A DNA stretch of 63,838 nucleotides, filler included, from Choristocarpus tenellus KU-1152 (Eukaryota > Protista > Phaeophyceae): the NCBI GenBank assembly GCA_964200185.2. It is 11 parts of 11 records of this genome, joined end to end, with 100 filler letters (N's around TTAATTAATTAA, not from the genome) between each part and the next. Parts side by side here need not be neighbours in the genome. Positions count along the whole stretch, not along the records: positions 35,303 to 43,865 come from CAXNAD020004581.1; positions 43,966 to 53,732 come from CAXNAD020003412.1; 9 more parts are not named here. One strand, given 5' to 3'. The notes beneath the pieces were generated by a model. That model saw only the letters and a program-made list of their open reading frames with translations, had not been told where the DNA came from and did no database searches. Both the position numbers and the translations under genes were made by a program. The first letter of the stretch is position 1, and every line of letters starts with the position of its first letter. Of the stretch, positions 37,908 to 50,708 are shown piece after piece.

Positions 37908-38285
37908 GACAGGGCACCCCCTGGTCTTTGGAAATCCCAATTAAAATATATATATTTTTTTCAGCACGCATTTTTGAAAAACTAGCCCCACCTCTAACCC
38001 TAACCCTAACTTGTGTGACAAATATTCCTAACCAACAAAGAATACATTCTATAGAAGAAGCGTTGGAGGAGTAAAGTGCGCACTTGGGAAGCACAACTTC
38101 TTAAGGATCCACCACTTCTCATTTTTTCACACTCATTTTCAATAATCTAACTCCAACCCTAACCCTAACCCTAACCAGTGCTTGAAAAGTAACCCTATGC
38201 TTCGTTTGAAGAAGTGAAAAAGTATGACAATGGGGTTCCCCAAGGACATTTGGAATTCCCAAAGGCAGGGGGTTTCCCCCGTGTA
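37908..38285 (+). mobile_element. TIR element with internal (CCCTAA)n tracts, diverged copy
   Basis: Similar along its length to 48793-49106 (AGTAAAGTG, TTAAGGATCCACCAC, TTTGAAGAAGTG.AAAAGTATGACA). Confidence 0.75.
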
Positions 38286-39213
38286 CTTCACACTGCTATG
38301 TACGATATTATGCATTGTACCGGACATTACATCAATGTACATAGACTGGTATTAAGGAGCACTGTGAAGTATCTCCTCCATCGCTCCATGCTAGGTACTT
38401 ACTCTCTGTGTAGAATACGTGCATAAAGGGGTGAACCTAGTAATTCAACCCTTTTTCCTCGAGTGCTTTGACCTTCCTACAGATTCTTCTTATGGGCAGA
38501 GCATGAGTGTACCATCAACATTGAGGGCATCTCAACCTTCACGAATAACAGTGCCGGTGAGTGTGTAACAGGATACATATAATTGCTCTCTCACTACTAC
38601 TAAGTCTGAGACCTACATTCAAACCTCAGGCTATGAACTCACACTCAAATGTGTTTTGAATCTTGTTGTGAATGTGCGAAACCAAGCAAAATAAGTTTGA
38701 AGTACAAAGTCTCATTTCTGTGTTCAGCATAAAATACTTCCTAGAGGGTTGGTACACTTGTTATTTGGTACACTTAGTATCCACGATTGGTGCAGCTATG
38801 TGTACCTCTCAACTGGTTAGCAAATTAGAGAAAACTTAGTTTAGAGACAACAACAGCCAGGAAGGGGACCGGTTGAAACTTGAACGCTCTATCGTGAGGG
38901 AAGGGTAACCATTTCGTGTCATGAGGTTCCAATAGTCCAAGAGCATGTGGCACACTAAGGTCAGAGTAAATAGGCGGCTCACTTTGGCAGCCAGGGAAAG
39001 GAATGCGATTGAATAGAACATAAGGACAAATATATTGACTCATATGGGATATAATAATAACAGCATCAAGTAGGATAAAGAGTTTGTGCTTTTATCAGTT
39101 CCAATGTATGAAGACGTTTGAGTTGCTATTCGAGAGGGTTTGTCATTCCATCAGTCACACAAGGGTAGCAACAATAAGAAGTGCCTGGGAACCTAGATGT
39201 CAGGTCTAGTATA

Positions 39214-39545
39214 AACCCACAGTATCTGGGGGGGGGGGGGGGGGGCGCCACCAGGAAGCCCATTTGGCCCCAAAAAAGGAAAGGGCAGTAAAATTATCCA
39301 CCNNNNNNNNNNATAGAAGAAAAAGAAAGTAGGAAGCGAAGAAAGCATGTAATAAAATTAGATTCTGAACCAAAGGGGGGGGGGGGGGGGGGGGGGGGTC
39401 AGCACCAGGATGTCCATTTGGACCATAACTAGGAAAGTGCACTTACATTATCCATCCGATGTATGCAACCAATTCACCCAAAAGTAGTCACATGAAAATT
39501 TGACCCCAAATGGAGAGCTGCCACCTCCCCCAGATACTTTGAGCC
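39214..39545 (-). mobile_element. MITE family B sequence, duplicated or mis-joined around a 10-N scaffold gap (39303-39312)
   Basis: AGTATCTGGGGGG at 39221. Family B body 39375-39545 ends CCCCCAGATACTTTGAGCC. Confidence 0.75.
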
Positions 39546-41304
39546 TTCTGTGTTGATCAGGGCAACACCTTTCGCACTGTGCACGAGATTAGGCGTACGA
39601 TTTATATGTTACATTTTGTGCTTCTTTGTGTGCACAAGTCTGCTGGGATGGATCCAAGCGGAAAATATTATATTATGGTGATTTGCACCATAAATTAAGT
39701 AAAGGACCCGTTAGTGCTGCAGCCCATACCATCCTGGAACTTGGACATTTTGAACATTCTCTGTCATGCAGCGTATAATGCATGTTTGCAAGAACACAAA
39801 TGGATGTGCCTGTATTTCAACAGTGTATATAAGTCAATCCTTGATTCTAAGGAAAATGTAAGGGAAAAGAGGGTGAATTAAGTGTCCTAATATCTTTGAT
39901 CCAACTTCTCAAATTATGCAGAGTTCTAATAGAGCCTCAGTTAGTGGAGCACATCCTTCCTGATCCTACTCTCATAACTACTTGTTCACTAGAGATGGAC
40001 CTCTAGATTCCCTCGTGAACAAGACAGTGCAGTCACTGATGGCGGAGCGCTATTAGCTTCACAATGTCTCGACAATGTCAAACAATTGCTACATTTTCAG
40101 GAAGTCTTGTTGCTCAAAATGGGTGGCATTGATCATTATCTGGGGGGGGTTGCGGTGTAGCCCCCCCCCCCCCCCCTTCAGATACTTGGGGTCTTGTCAA
40201 ACGTCGCGATACTGCTGTTGCAGTTGGGTCAATAGCTGCACAACTCTTCCGCATTGAAATAACGGTATCTCAACGTGCAACTCCCTGCCCCTGTGGAACA
40301 GTAGTATCTCAATGTTTGATACGTTTATGCTAAGTCATGCATGAGGGTGTTCGCATGGGGACACGTATTGTAGTACTGCACACACTCAATGTTACTATTA
40401 GTATACATGAACTAACAAGTGTATCTGAAGCACTATAGTGTAACTAGAACGATTCATGAGTGATGGAACGGAATATTAGAATATTGCAGTGTTCGAGTAA
40501 TGGTCTAGGAAAAAAAATGTTTGGCAACTTCTAAGATTGTTTGCTAGGATGATTATGGAGGGTAGGACAGCACCCCCCCTTGTGGATAGGACTCGCTCTT
40601 TGCTGTAACTTAACAAAGCGCATTCTGCATCATCTTCTACTTAACTCTTCCTTTCTTCCTGTTTATGCTAGTCACCTTAAACTCTGCACTCTTTTTGAAC
40701 ACTATGAGTATATTTTCTCCCCCCTTGCGTCTTGGCTTAAATGTCACGTACTCCAACAGTGACTCGTTCATGTTCACCTGATTTGGTCATGTAATTTCGG
40801 AGACTCTGTGCTAAAAACAAACTATTATGGAAGGGACTAGTAAATGCCGAAAACAGGCCATTACGGAAACAACTAGTTAGGATGGATGTGGTCATAACTC
40901 TCGTAATTCTCGCTCAAAATAAAATAATGTTAGGTGAAAGCTGAAGGCAAGGGGCATGCGGGTTATGGGTGGAAATTTATATTTCGATAGGTAGCTCATG
41001 ATATCAAGCTACTACAGGTGTTTTGATTTGGTTGAAATGGGGCGGAAATTACACTTGAGCGGGAAAACAGCATTTTTGTAAGGTTCGCATGAGGAAGCAT
41101 ATGCTGGAAGATATTCTGTATTCTTGACGCTTGTGTGGGTATAGGGTGTGCTGCTGTGAGTGACACAGGACTCAAGAAATACAGTATATACTGTCAGCAT
41201 GATGGTCATGGAGTATATTGAAGTGTTTGGGGTACAAGGCATGAAAGCAAGGAGAGCTTAAACATTTGATGCATTCGGTCCGTGGCAGACACTATGTATT
41301 ATGT

Positions 41305-43260
41305 ATCCCTGCATGTTAATGTGTGGGGCTGGCCTTCCAGCTCTTCTTGTTCCTTGATATTTGGGTCTCTGGAAAATTAAAACCTTTAAGTGTTCTGTTA
41401 TCATGCAGGGTTCATTATTTCTTAAAATAGCTCTTCCAGTTGCGATGTCTCCATCCACCACTTCGTCCACACCCTCCTTCAGTTTCTCGTTATTCTCTTC
41501 TACGTCCTCCTCAATCTCCACTACTTGGAGAATGTCATCCTCAGCCCCATGGGGAGCAATGAGGTTCTCCTCCCTCGGCTCGCTCTCTTCATTCTCGTTT
41601 GTTATCTTCAGCTTCAACTTCTTCATCAAGGCACGTTTAATACCTTCATTCAAGACAAGCAAATCGCTCTTTGCTTCTTTCCCCTGTTGTGCGTTCAACC
41701 CCTGCCCATGTTCCAAAAGACCTTGTGCTTCCCCTTGGTCCACTGTTGTAAAGTCCCTCAGAACCCCAATTTCGAAACCCCTTTGTAAGATCACTTGTTT
41801 TATGCTTTGGACAGCGAACTGTGTTAATCTGAGATAGCAGAGCATCGCACACAGTTCGCAGCTACCACTTGGAAGAACTCGTTGCTTCGTTGGACGTTTT
41901 CAGACCGAGATATTATTCCATGCCTGATTAGACAACCCTAAATGAAACAGATCAATTTCTAGACCTCACTCTATGCAACTGGTAGGACTCCCGAGGAAAC
42001 TAAAACACACCTGTGGAACGCCAGGATTCTGATCTTTTTCCAATGCATCACTCAGCGCCAATAAGTTAGATTGCGTGGGCTTACTAGCGATGCAGCAAAG
42101 AGTGCAAATAAAAAAACGAAAATAGTGATTAGAAACTTCAAATGTATTTCTGATTTTTGACACATCATCACACCCTGCAGTACCTCATCCTGGTCATAGA
42201 AAGACGGCAGCAGCCCATTATTGTTGTTGCAAGTGGAGGCAAAGGGAGTATGTATCAGGATTATCGCTTCATAGTATATTTGTAACAAGTCTTGTCTGCT
42301 GGCTGTGTGGAATTCTCTAGATGGGCGTAAATCTGCCAACAAACCATAAAGAAATTTGTCTCAAGGTAACGGGACTAAGGACATGACATATGATGTTGTG
42401 AAGGACACCAAGGAAACATTGACAGATCATATTCGCCACATGTTCGTCCTAGGCACAGATGCATACGAACACAGCAACACAAAATAGAGCACAGGCGACA
42501 CTGTTACAGGTGCCCCTCAATGCTCACCTTCCCAGGATGTACAAGTCAAATCCTATTAACAGATTATCGAACGTCAGCTCAGCTGAACAGGGGTACTCTC
42601 AAATGAATCAATCCATATAAGAAAAGTATTTTAGGTTTGACATCAGAAATAGATAGTGAGCTATGAGCATCTGTTTAGGTCAGAATAACTGAGCCGTTTT
42701 GAGCCGTTTTTAGGAACTCTAATCATCATTTGCCGTTAGGGGTTTATTCGGGTTTGCAAATACTGGCATGTACTGGCATATATCTGAGAACCCTTTCCGA
42801 CCATCCATCCGTAACCCTCTGCAACTATCCAAGTTACAGTTTATTCTGTAACTTTTAAGCAAATCGGAGTTCCCCCTTTTGGTGTTCCCCACGCGTGTAT
42901 ACTGCTCGCACCAGTTAAAGCGCAGGAAGAACTACTCGCGCTATTCACCTGTAATAACACTCCTGGCTCTTCCGCTTGTCTCCTTAGCTCAAACCAGTGA
43001 CGTTTTAGATGTGTCGGAAGGTCCGATGAAGGGAACTCCATACCCCAACACACCCACACAGACCTGGAATGATCACCTCACCCTGTCCACTTTGAGTGGA
43101 AGGAAGTAGGCCACAAAGTGTTTTCCTTGGGACAATTACCTACAAACCAACTCGTCGGGTCGGGTCGAGGGACTTCATTGCACTGGGAACAATGATAGCA
43201 AACAGAGGGGCAAACAGTGTCAGACTGGTAACAGCAATCAGTTGGTGAGGGTATGAAGTG
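41305..43260 (-). other. probable spliced or decayed hypothetical gene with a Glu-rich exon (about 41305-41820)
   Basis: A 195-aa ORF with coding-like acidic composition, plus several minus-strand exon-like segments bounded by AG/GT. No recognisable family. Confidence 0.35.
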
Positions 43261-43865
43261 CAAACTTAGGTCAGAGATCCTAGAGAATATTCGTCTGCCC
43301 TTTGTACGGTATTTTGTGCAAAGTCAACTATATCCAAAAATAATCATAGCCAGGACCCTGATTTCGTTTGGGTCTCTACAATCGCGCTTCTGAAAGATGT
43401 GAGTGCGAAAAAAACGTACCCAGGAAAACGAATCTCTCTTGAGGGTCCATATCCCGCACATCTAAAACATGCCCGTAAATAAAATCGGATGGTGCTCTAT
43501 TAAGTCCCTAAAAAGTGGTTCCTCAACTAAATTTATATGTTTTGCTTCGTCCCACGATAATTTGATGTAGAAGGCTACCAAATGATCTAATTTGAAATTT
43601 TCCTGATTCCGCCAACTTGAGATCAGTGCCAGAGGGAATTTGAGAGGTTTTTCGAGACAAATTAATTTGTGGTTCAAGTTAGAGACAGATAAAGCAAAAG
43701 CAATTACAGCGCTCTATCTTACCTCCTAAAGGTCATCTTTGCGCAATAAAGACTATCAAATATTGTACTACTGTCGTCCTTATCTTCCCATCTACCTATT
43801 ACTATACTATTTGTGTGGAACGTAGAGCGACTGTTCTGTACTAAGGTGTTCTTATTGTAGTTGAT

Positions 43866-43965
43866 NNNNNNNNNNNNNNNNNNNNNNNNNNNNNNNNNNN
43901 NNNNNNNNNTTAATTAATTAANNNNNNNNNNNNNNNNNNNNNNNNNNNNNNNNNNNNNNNNNNNN
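43866..43965. other. artificial contig linker
   Basis: 44 N + TTAATTAATTAA + 44 N. Confidence 0.98.
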
Positions 43966-45149
43966 GTACCTCCATGGGCCAACCCCCGTCGATGAATTGT
44001 TGAGGCAAGAGGAAGAAGATAATGAGCGATGGGTGACACATTAGTTGTTTGTATGTAAAGGGTGACATGAATTGAAAATATAGTCAGTGGAGGTTGAATG
44101 CTGCTGTATTCTGAATACACCCACCTTGCTTAACTGCAACCTTCTGCACGATTACTACCACCCATGAGGTCACCGATTCTGATCCCCCACCAAAGTCGAT
44201 CAAATCAGATGTTCCTAACTTCAGCCTCCCATGTGGATGAGAGGTTCGTGTCAAACATAAACTTGTTCATATCCTTGCAATCGTTCATGAGTTCGTCGAT
44301 AAAGTGTACAGACCATGAAATTCAAAATGTCAGCGTGTCGTGGATACATATAGCAGACTCTGCCAAACAGGCTGTGGGTGTCTTGTGTGAGGGTTTGATT
44401 GTGTTGGGTGTAGCAAAGGCTACAGAAGAAAAATACAATTGTGGAGACTAGCCATGCACAGTAGGTTACTTTTGATTTTGCTAGTAATTGAACATGCCTT
44501 ATTTCTGGAAGTTATGGAATTGAGCGTTGTATATGGAGGGTTAGGTTTGTCAAACTTTGCACACCACCAAATGATCGATGTCATGAATGTACTGTCTAAC
44601 TAACCCTATTTCCTACGAAGGAGACTCAACTCTGCCAACTTAACAGTGAGCTTCCGATGAGAGTCTGTACTCTTCACTTTCGCAAATGTCTTCGAAAGAT
44701 TTGTGTCTAAATCGGAGATCCAAGGCCTCTTCAAGGCTTGACCTTGGGTTTTGAAGGGCGACCAAGGAGCCAACCTGAAGGATACTTTGTAGGTCGGACA
44801 TGGAGGAACGAGTTGATTTGATTATGGGATGCATATGTCCGCAGGGCTCGTTGGTATGATGCCCCTTCCCTGCTCTTCCCCACAGAGAAGGAAGGGATAG
44901 AAGAAGAAATAGAGTTTGGGGATATATTTTAGTGTTGCAATGTTAATCACTATAATATACAACGAGGAGGAATGCCTGCCATGAGACCCTACTCCATCAT
45001 GAAAAACGTAAGGAGAACAAAAAGTCGAAAAAGTAAACAATTCAATTTTGATAGAGCCATGGCACAATACATTTTGATCGTAACGTCGAAGAACAAAAAA
45101 ATTAAGTACGAAAAATAAACTCCATGAAACGTCAGAAATAAGGAGGTAG

Positions 45150-45300
45150 GGCTCAAAGCATTTGGGGTGGGTGACGACTGTGCATTCGGGGCCCATTTTT
45201 CCATGTCGCGAACTTTGGGTGATTTGGTTGCATGTGTCGGATGGATGATGCAAGTTCACTTCTCCTGGTCAGGGTCCGAATGACCGCCCTGATGTAGACC
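45150..45300 (+). mobile_element. MITE family B, right end missing
   Basis: GGCTCAAAGCATTTGGGG...GATTTGGTTGCATGTGTCGGATGGATGATG matches family B. Confidence 0.8.
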
Positions 45301-48300
45301 GAACCGAACGCCCAGCTGTTTACCATGGTAATTGGATGTTATTGCGAAACTATGCATATTGAGGAGGAATCGATTATTATAGTGCGAACATCAAAAATGT
45401 TGCTTTCACTACGAGAAGCACATGCCCAATGGACCTTAGGATCTAGTTATAATTCCCTCATGATGTTCACCGGTGCCTTAAACATACTGAAACAAGACGA
45501 TCTTTGTTGTTCTGTGCTAAGCAGAGGGTACTATCGAGAACTGACTGGTTCCCAATGTAGCACTGTTAGAGGTAAACCAGGATGGTTATCATCTCGCTTT
45601 TTTTTGCTTTCTTGGAGGATATGTATATATATATATATCCCTCAGATATGTAACGTCTACTCCCTATAACTCCAGAATCCTGCATCCCAATGAACAATTT
45701 GCTCGGTTGTGTAAACAGGCCTCTCAAACTCACGACCCCATTTCCTAGTGTGTCCATGTGCGCGATAGAGATCCCTTCTGTTTTCTCTATCTCTTCTTTC
45801 CTCTCCCTTTCTGACCTCCCATGTAATACACACAAACCTCGTTGTGCATGTTGCATAGTACATGGACGACATACTACAAAATTCACTACTTTGCAATGAC
45901 TCAGGAAGTAGAATCACTACAAACATGTACTTTAAATGAAAGCAGCGAATACTGTTGTTCTTTGCACACTTCGGTTTCAAATTATCACATCTTAGATAAA
46001 AATGATGCATTGTGAGATGTATAACAGCGTGGAATCCTTTGGAAGTAAGATATGCGCCACTGGACAGAAAGCAATGAACGGCGAATAGTTGTGCAAGAAT
46101 AATATTGAGCTTTTGTGTGTGCACACCTAAACTCAATATTATATATCACCTCGGTAGGTCTTAAGTCGTGCTCTATGTAGAGAAACGCCCATCCTGTTAT
46201 ATTACCTCCGCTGCGTTTTTGGAGAAAGATAATCCACCCTACGATTCTCTCCCCTGGTGACCCATACGAGGAGCCCTAGACGGAGAGACCAATCTTCGTG
46301 AAGAGCGATACTGTTACTGAGAGTGCTTGACACTCCTGCTTTGCCTTGGCCTTGGCCTTTTGTTTACGAGTTAAAAGCCAGGGGCGAGGGGTATGTGGAG
46401 GTTGGGTGAACGGACATGCGTGTAACGATGGGAGATCGAGATGTTGGGATAAGAGGGGGGAATATGGTGGGGCTAGTGTGTGGGTGAGTACTAGTGTAGG
46501 AGATGAAAAAACGAACATTTTTTTCCAGAAAAATTGAAAGCAAAGACTATTTCAGACCCTGTACAGTGTATGCAGTACTCTGGATGTATACTTAACTACA
46601 CACAACGAACTGGAATAGTCAATATATAATAGTATACACAAAATCTTTGTGTAGAAGCAAGCACGGCAGAACTATTTTTGGACAAAATGATCTAAGCTTA
46701 GTATTAATATCAGTTTCTCTATTAACATACATCGTTACTGGTTGTGTGGGTTTAAAATAATGACCTTTGAGTATGCACAGTAGAGGATTGACATTGGCGA
46801 AGATACAGATGTTTTCTACTTCAGAATATTATTTTACAAGAGTGAGGAGTTGGAGGAATAGAGTGATCATTGGTTGTATTGATCATACATCAAACCATAG
46901 CAATATTGGGCAGTCATGTGATCAACTGAAACAAATTACGACAGACAGGTTTGGGAGCAACGACCAGTGAGAGGAATTCGAACGGCTGACCACAATCTTC
47001 ACACCTTAATTGACAAGTGACACACACAAAAAAATCTCGTAAAGGACAAACAACTGTGTGCAGTTGCGAACATGATATATCATCGAGTCAGAAAGAACAG
47101 ATACCGATCGATGACATATTGTTATGTCGACATATAGCACATATTGTAAGAATATGCTAAAATATTTATGTATATTAGGAGCAGCGAAAGTGTTTGTTGA
47201 TCTCCTGGAACCAAGTCAAACGATGACCCAATGCAGGTACAAGCGTGTGAAATTATGTCCTCCTACCAAGTCGAAACACTGGCCTATATTTGGTTGTGGC
47301 CATCTCAAATTAAGCCTTCTATTGCGTTATCCAGGATCTATTGGTGTGTTCAATTTCCAAACTCCAGAATAAAACAATTCAGTGCTAGATGGTATACACA
47401 GAGGTTAATCCTGTAGTACACTTCAGGAAATGTCGAAACCTCAAAGGACACTGGGACGTGTATTCTATCCTGGGACTCATCCAGCCCAACACGGAGGGGC
47501 TCGGGTGTTGAGTTACCGAGCAACAACAAGAAAAAATAATTTACACCGATTGATCCAATTCCAAATAATCTACTTGATAGGAGAGCTCTACGCCTGTATA
47601 ATATAGCATATGTAGTCAGGACAAAATCAAACTACCTCAAAACTTACGAACCTTTCGCCAAGAATTGCATTCATGAACCTCCACCATCCTTTCCCTACCC
47701 GTGCAAGAACATACCTGCTCCTTGCTCGTTTATGCTTTCCTCTAACGGCCACTCGGTTTGTATGCCCTCTTTTCTCCGCTTTGATAGCAACGTTCTTGGC
47801 AGATCTCTTTGCCTTGGCCTGGGATTTGAATTTGTATTTGTATTTGTATTTGCCACCCCCCATGACACCAGCAACAACGTTGGTCATCAAACCTCTAAGC
47901 ATCTTTGTCTTTTGTTAAGGTATGGGTATGGAGTACAAGTAGGTTTTTATATTAGAATCGAATCTTTACACCAGACAATGAAAAATATGTTATATTTGTA
48001 GAATATAGAAGAGAAAGGAACTATACGAGCCCTAGCCTGTCTCAAGAACATATTCAGAATATTAATATATTTACGTCATCATGCATGGCGGTATAAAATT
48101 TAGTCAATCAGGAAATAATATAGAACACAAACTGCTGGTGGCCTTACATACAGCTAGCAGGATGTTTTGTCACTCATGCTGGCATTCGCATCAATGACAA
48201 GTCTACGAACACAATCCCACCCAGTAATTTTTATCATACCTTTTCGGTTTCAATGGCTGCCAAGAAGGCCTCCTCATAGCGCACAGACTGGTGATCATAG

Positions 48301-48792
48301 CGTCCATCATCAAGCCTGCCATGAACAAGAGAGTCCCAGCGACCCACAATCCTATCGTAGCAGCGGCGAGGACGAATGGTTCCACTGCATATTGGAGCAG
48401 GGGTTTAGAGTTGTAAATTAGAGAAGGGGGTGATAACAGTACGGCAGGGTAGAGGAGTGGGAGATAGGGGTGGAAGAGTGGGGGGTGGTTTGAGAATTAC
48501 TTGTGACACAGGTTTAAACCAATGCACTGAAAATGTTATTGCTTGAAGTCAGGAGTGTATGTCTCTATATATGCATACATATAAAATGTCATACTGTTGT
48601 TAGTTTATTCAATATAGTATCAATAATGATCTACCTCTTTGCTACAGTACTCCCACATCACAATCTTCATCTAAAAGGATATGGCAATAATAGCTCCTAT
48701 GTGACAAGATGTTGCAATGACATAGAGCAAGTAATACATACCGGAGTGGGTCCATTACATGAGACTGTACTGAGACTTGGGAGACGTCGCAC

Positions 48793-49106
48793 TGCACAGG
48801 GGAACCCCCGTCTTCAGAAACCACTACTGAATTATTTTTTTTGCATTCATTTTCGAAAACCTAGCCCTAGCCCCAACCTCAATCCCAATTTATGTGAGAA
48901 GAATATCCCTAACTACCAAGAAAATAATACAGGAGAAGTGGTGCAGCAGTAAAGTGTGCATTGTGGAACCACCACCCCTTAAGGATCCACCACGTTTCAC
49001 CTTTTCATAACATTTTCGAAACCCTAACCCTAACCCTAACCCTTCTTTGAAGAAGTGGAAAAAGTATGACAGAGGTAGTTCCCAAAGACGGGGGTTCCCC
49101 TGTGCA
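48793..49106 (+). mobile_element. MITE-like element with 22-bp perfect TIRs and internal telomere-like (CCCTAA)n
   Basis: TGCACAGGGGAACCCCCGTCTT (48793-48814) / AAGACGGGGGTTCCCCTGTGCA (49085-49106). Second copy at 37908-38285. Confidence 0.85.
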
Positions 49107-49880
49107 CTTCAACATCTAGGATAGTCCTCTCAAAAGGACTGATGCACATGGAATTGGCATCCTGTAATCTCACTCTAAATCATTCCATACTCCACAAGCA
49201 CATCTCTTTGAGTATGAAATTAGCGCCTATTGAACCCAGTTCCACAGTGCAATTTGTGGATAAAGGGTTGAGAGAGGATCTAACTTTTAACAAAGAAAAA
49301 GGGGGAGATATGTTTACGGGTCCTCTTCCTTGCCACCGTATCTCTCGCTTAAGCTCCTTCTCACCTGTCCAACATCACAATAAATATACCTTTCACACAG
49401 CACTTCCAGCAGATACATTTCAATAGGTTATGCATTCTGGAAATGATCTTGCCTTGAGCCGATGTAGACCTCAATGCCCACATGCTTGAGACCATGTGGA
49501 AACCGGGCTACCAAGTCATTGTTGTTTACAGCACGGAATGTTTTGGATTTGAGAGCCTTATCATAGACAGCCGCATAGTCTCTGGCAAATACCCTGGCAG
49601 GATGAGGGTCGGGATAAGAGTTGATTGTGCATCAAAACAATTTGTTGCTGATTGAATAAATTGTACAACACACACTGTGTGGATGCACATTTTTTTTTCG
49701 TAGTGCCTTGAACTAGCAGCTCGTGATGAGGTGTTCTGTGCGCGGTTGTACGTATCTGAATATCTGTGTTTCCTTAACAATGCTGCAAACCACGTTTCTC
49801 ACCGTGTACTCCACAATCAGGTAGGCAGGTACTTGGTTACACTATTTCTGCTCGAGCTCTGAAGCATCCCCGTTGATAAT

Positions 49881-50136
49881 GACCCAAAGTATTTAAGAGT
49901 GTGGGGCTGCATCCGTTTGGGGCCAGAAATCCAATGTTGCGATTTTAATGAATTTTGGGTGTCGTGTTTTATAGCAAGTATCATTATCCTTGCTCGGAAC
50001 ACACCTTTCATAGTCGTACCCGTTTTAGGCAACTGCTCACACAGAAAACCGAAAAAGGGCATGAAAAACCCGTGGGAAGCCTAGCCCCGAACGGACAAAC
50101 AGGGAGAAACTCCTACCTGCTTAGATCCTTTGACTT
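49881..50136 (+). mobile_element. MITE family A variant (closest to 21056-21323)
   Basis: GACCCAAAGTATTTAAGAG... Shares the CAGAAAACCGAAAAAGGG insert with the 21056 copy. Confidence 0.8.
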
Positions 50137-50708
50137 GATGGTATACTTGACAATTATTTGTTAGGGTATTCTGTATAGTGTTTGCCGTCGTCCTTCCTTG
50201 GTATATTATATTACTGATTATTTTCTCTCCTACCTGCTATCAGAGGTAATTCAAATGCGAAATAGGGGTTCCCTAGCTAATGAGCATAAGGTTTCTCTTA
50301 GACCTATCCCACCTACCCCTTGTGGAGCTTGGGTGAGAAGATAGCCGAGGAAAACGTGTATATTTTCACTATCAGCACCATGTGTCTATATACCTTAGCT
50401 TGCTTTTATGTGCCTTTGTACTGCAAGGTATAATGATTGTAGATCTTCACCACTCTACTCGAAATATGCCCCCAAGTACAGCAGTATGTGCTCCAAGTGA
50501 GATGAAGTCTTGCCAACGGATTTAAGACATGCCGGCTTCTGTTATTGGTGAGTAAGAATACAGTCATTACTCAGTCCATTGAAAGGGAATTTGATTAGAA
50601 AGCACGCACATGTAAGTTGTCTGACTAGTGAAGAGGATCCTCTGAACTCGAGAGTATAGAGACCGCCTCCATTCGCACAAAGGGTCTACCTGACCATATC
50701 ACCAGTAC

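Noticed and set aside
47627-48385. Basic KYKYKYK ORF and hydrophobic exon-like ORF as a separate gene or lipase 3' end
   Set aside because: Low complexity, and they could not be linked to the lipase or any family with consistent phases.
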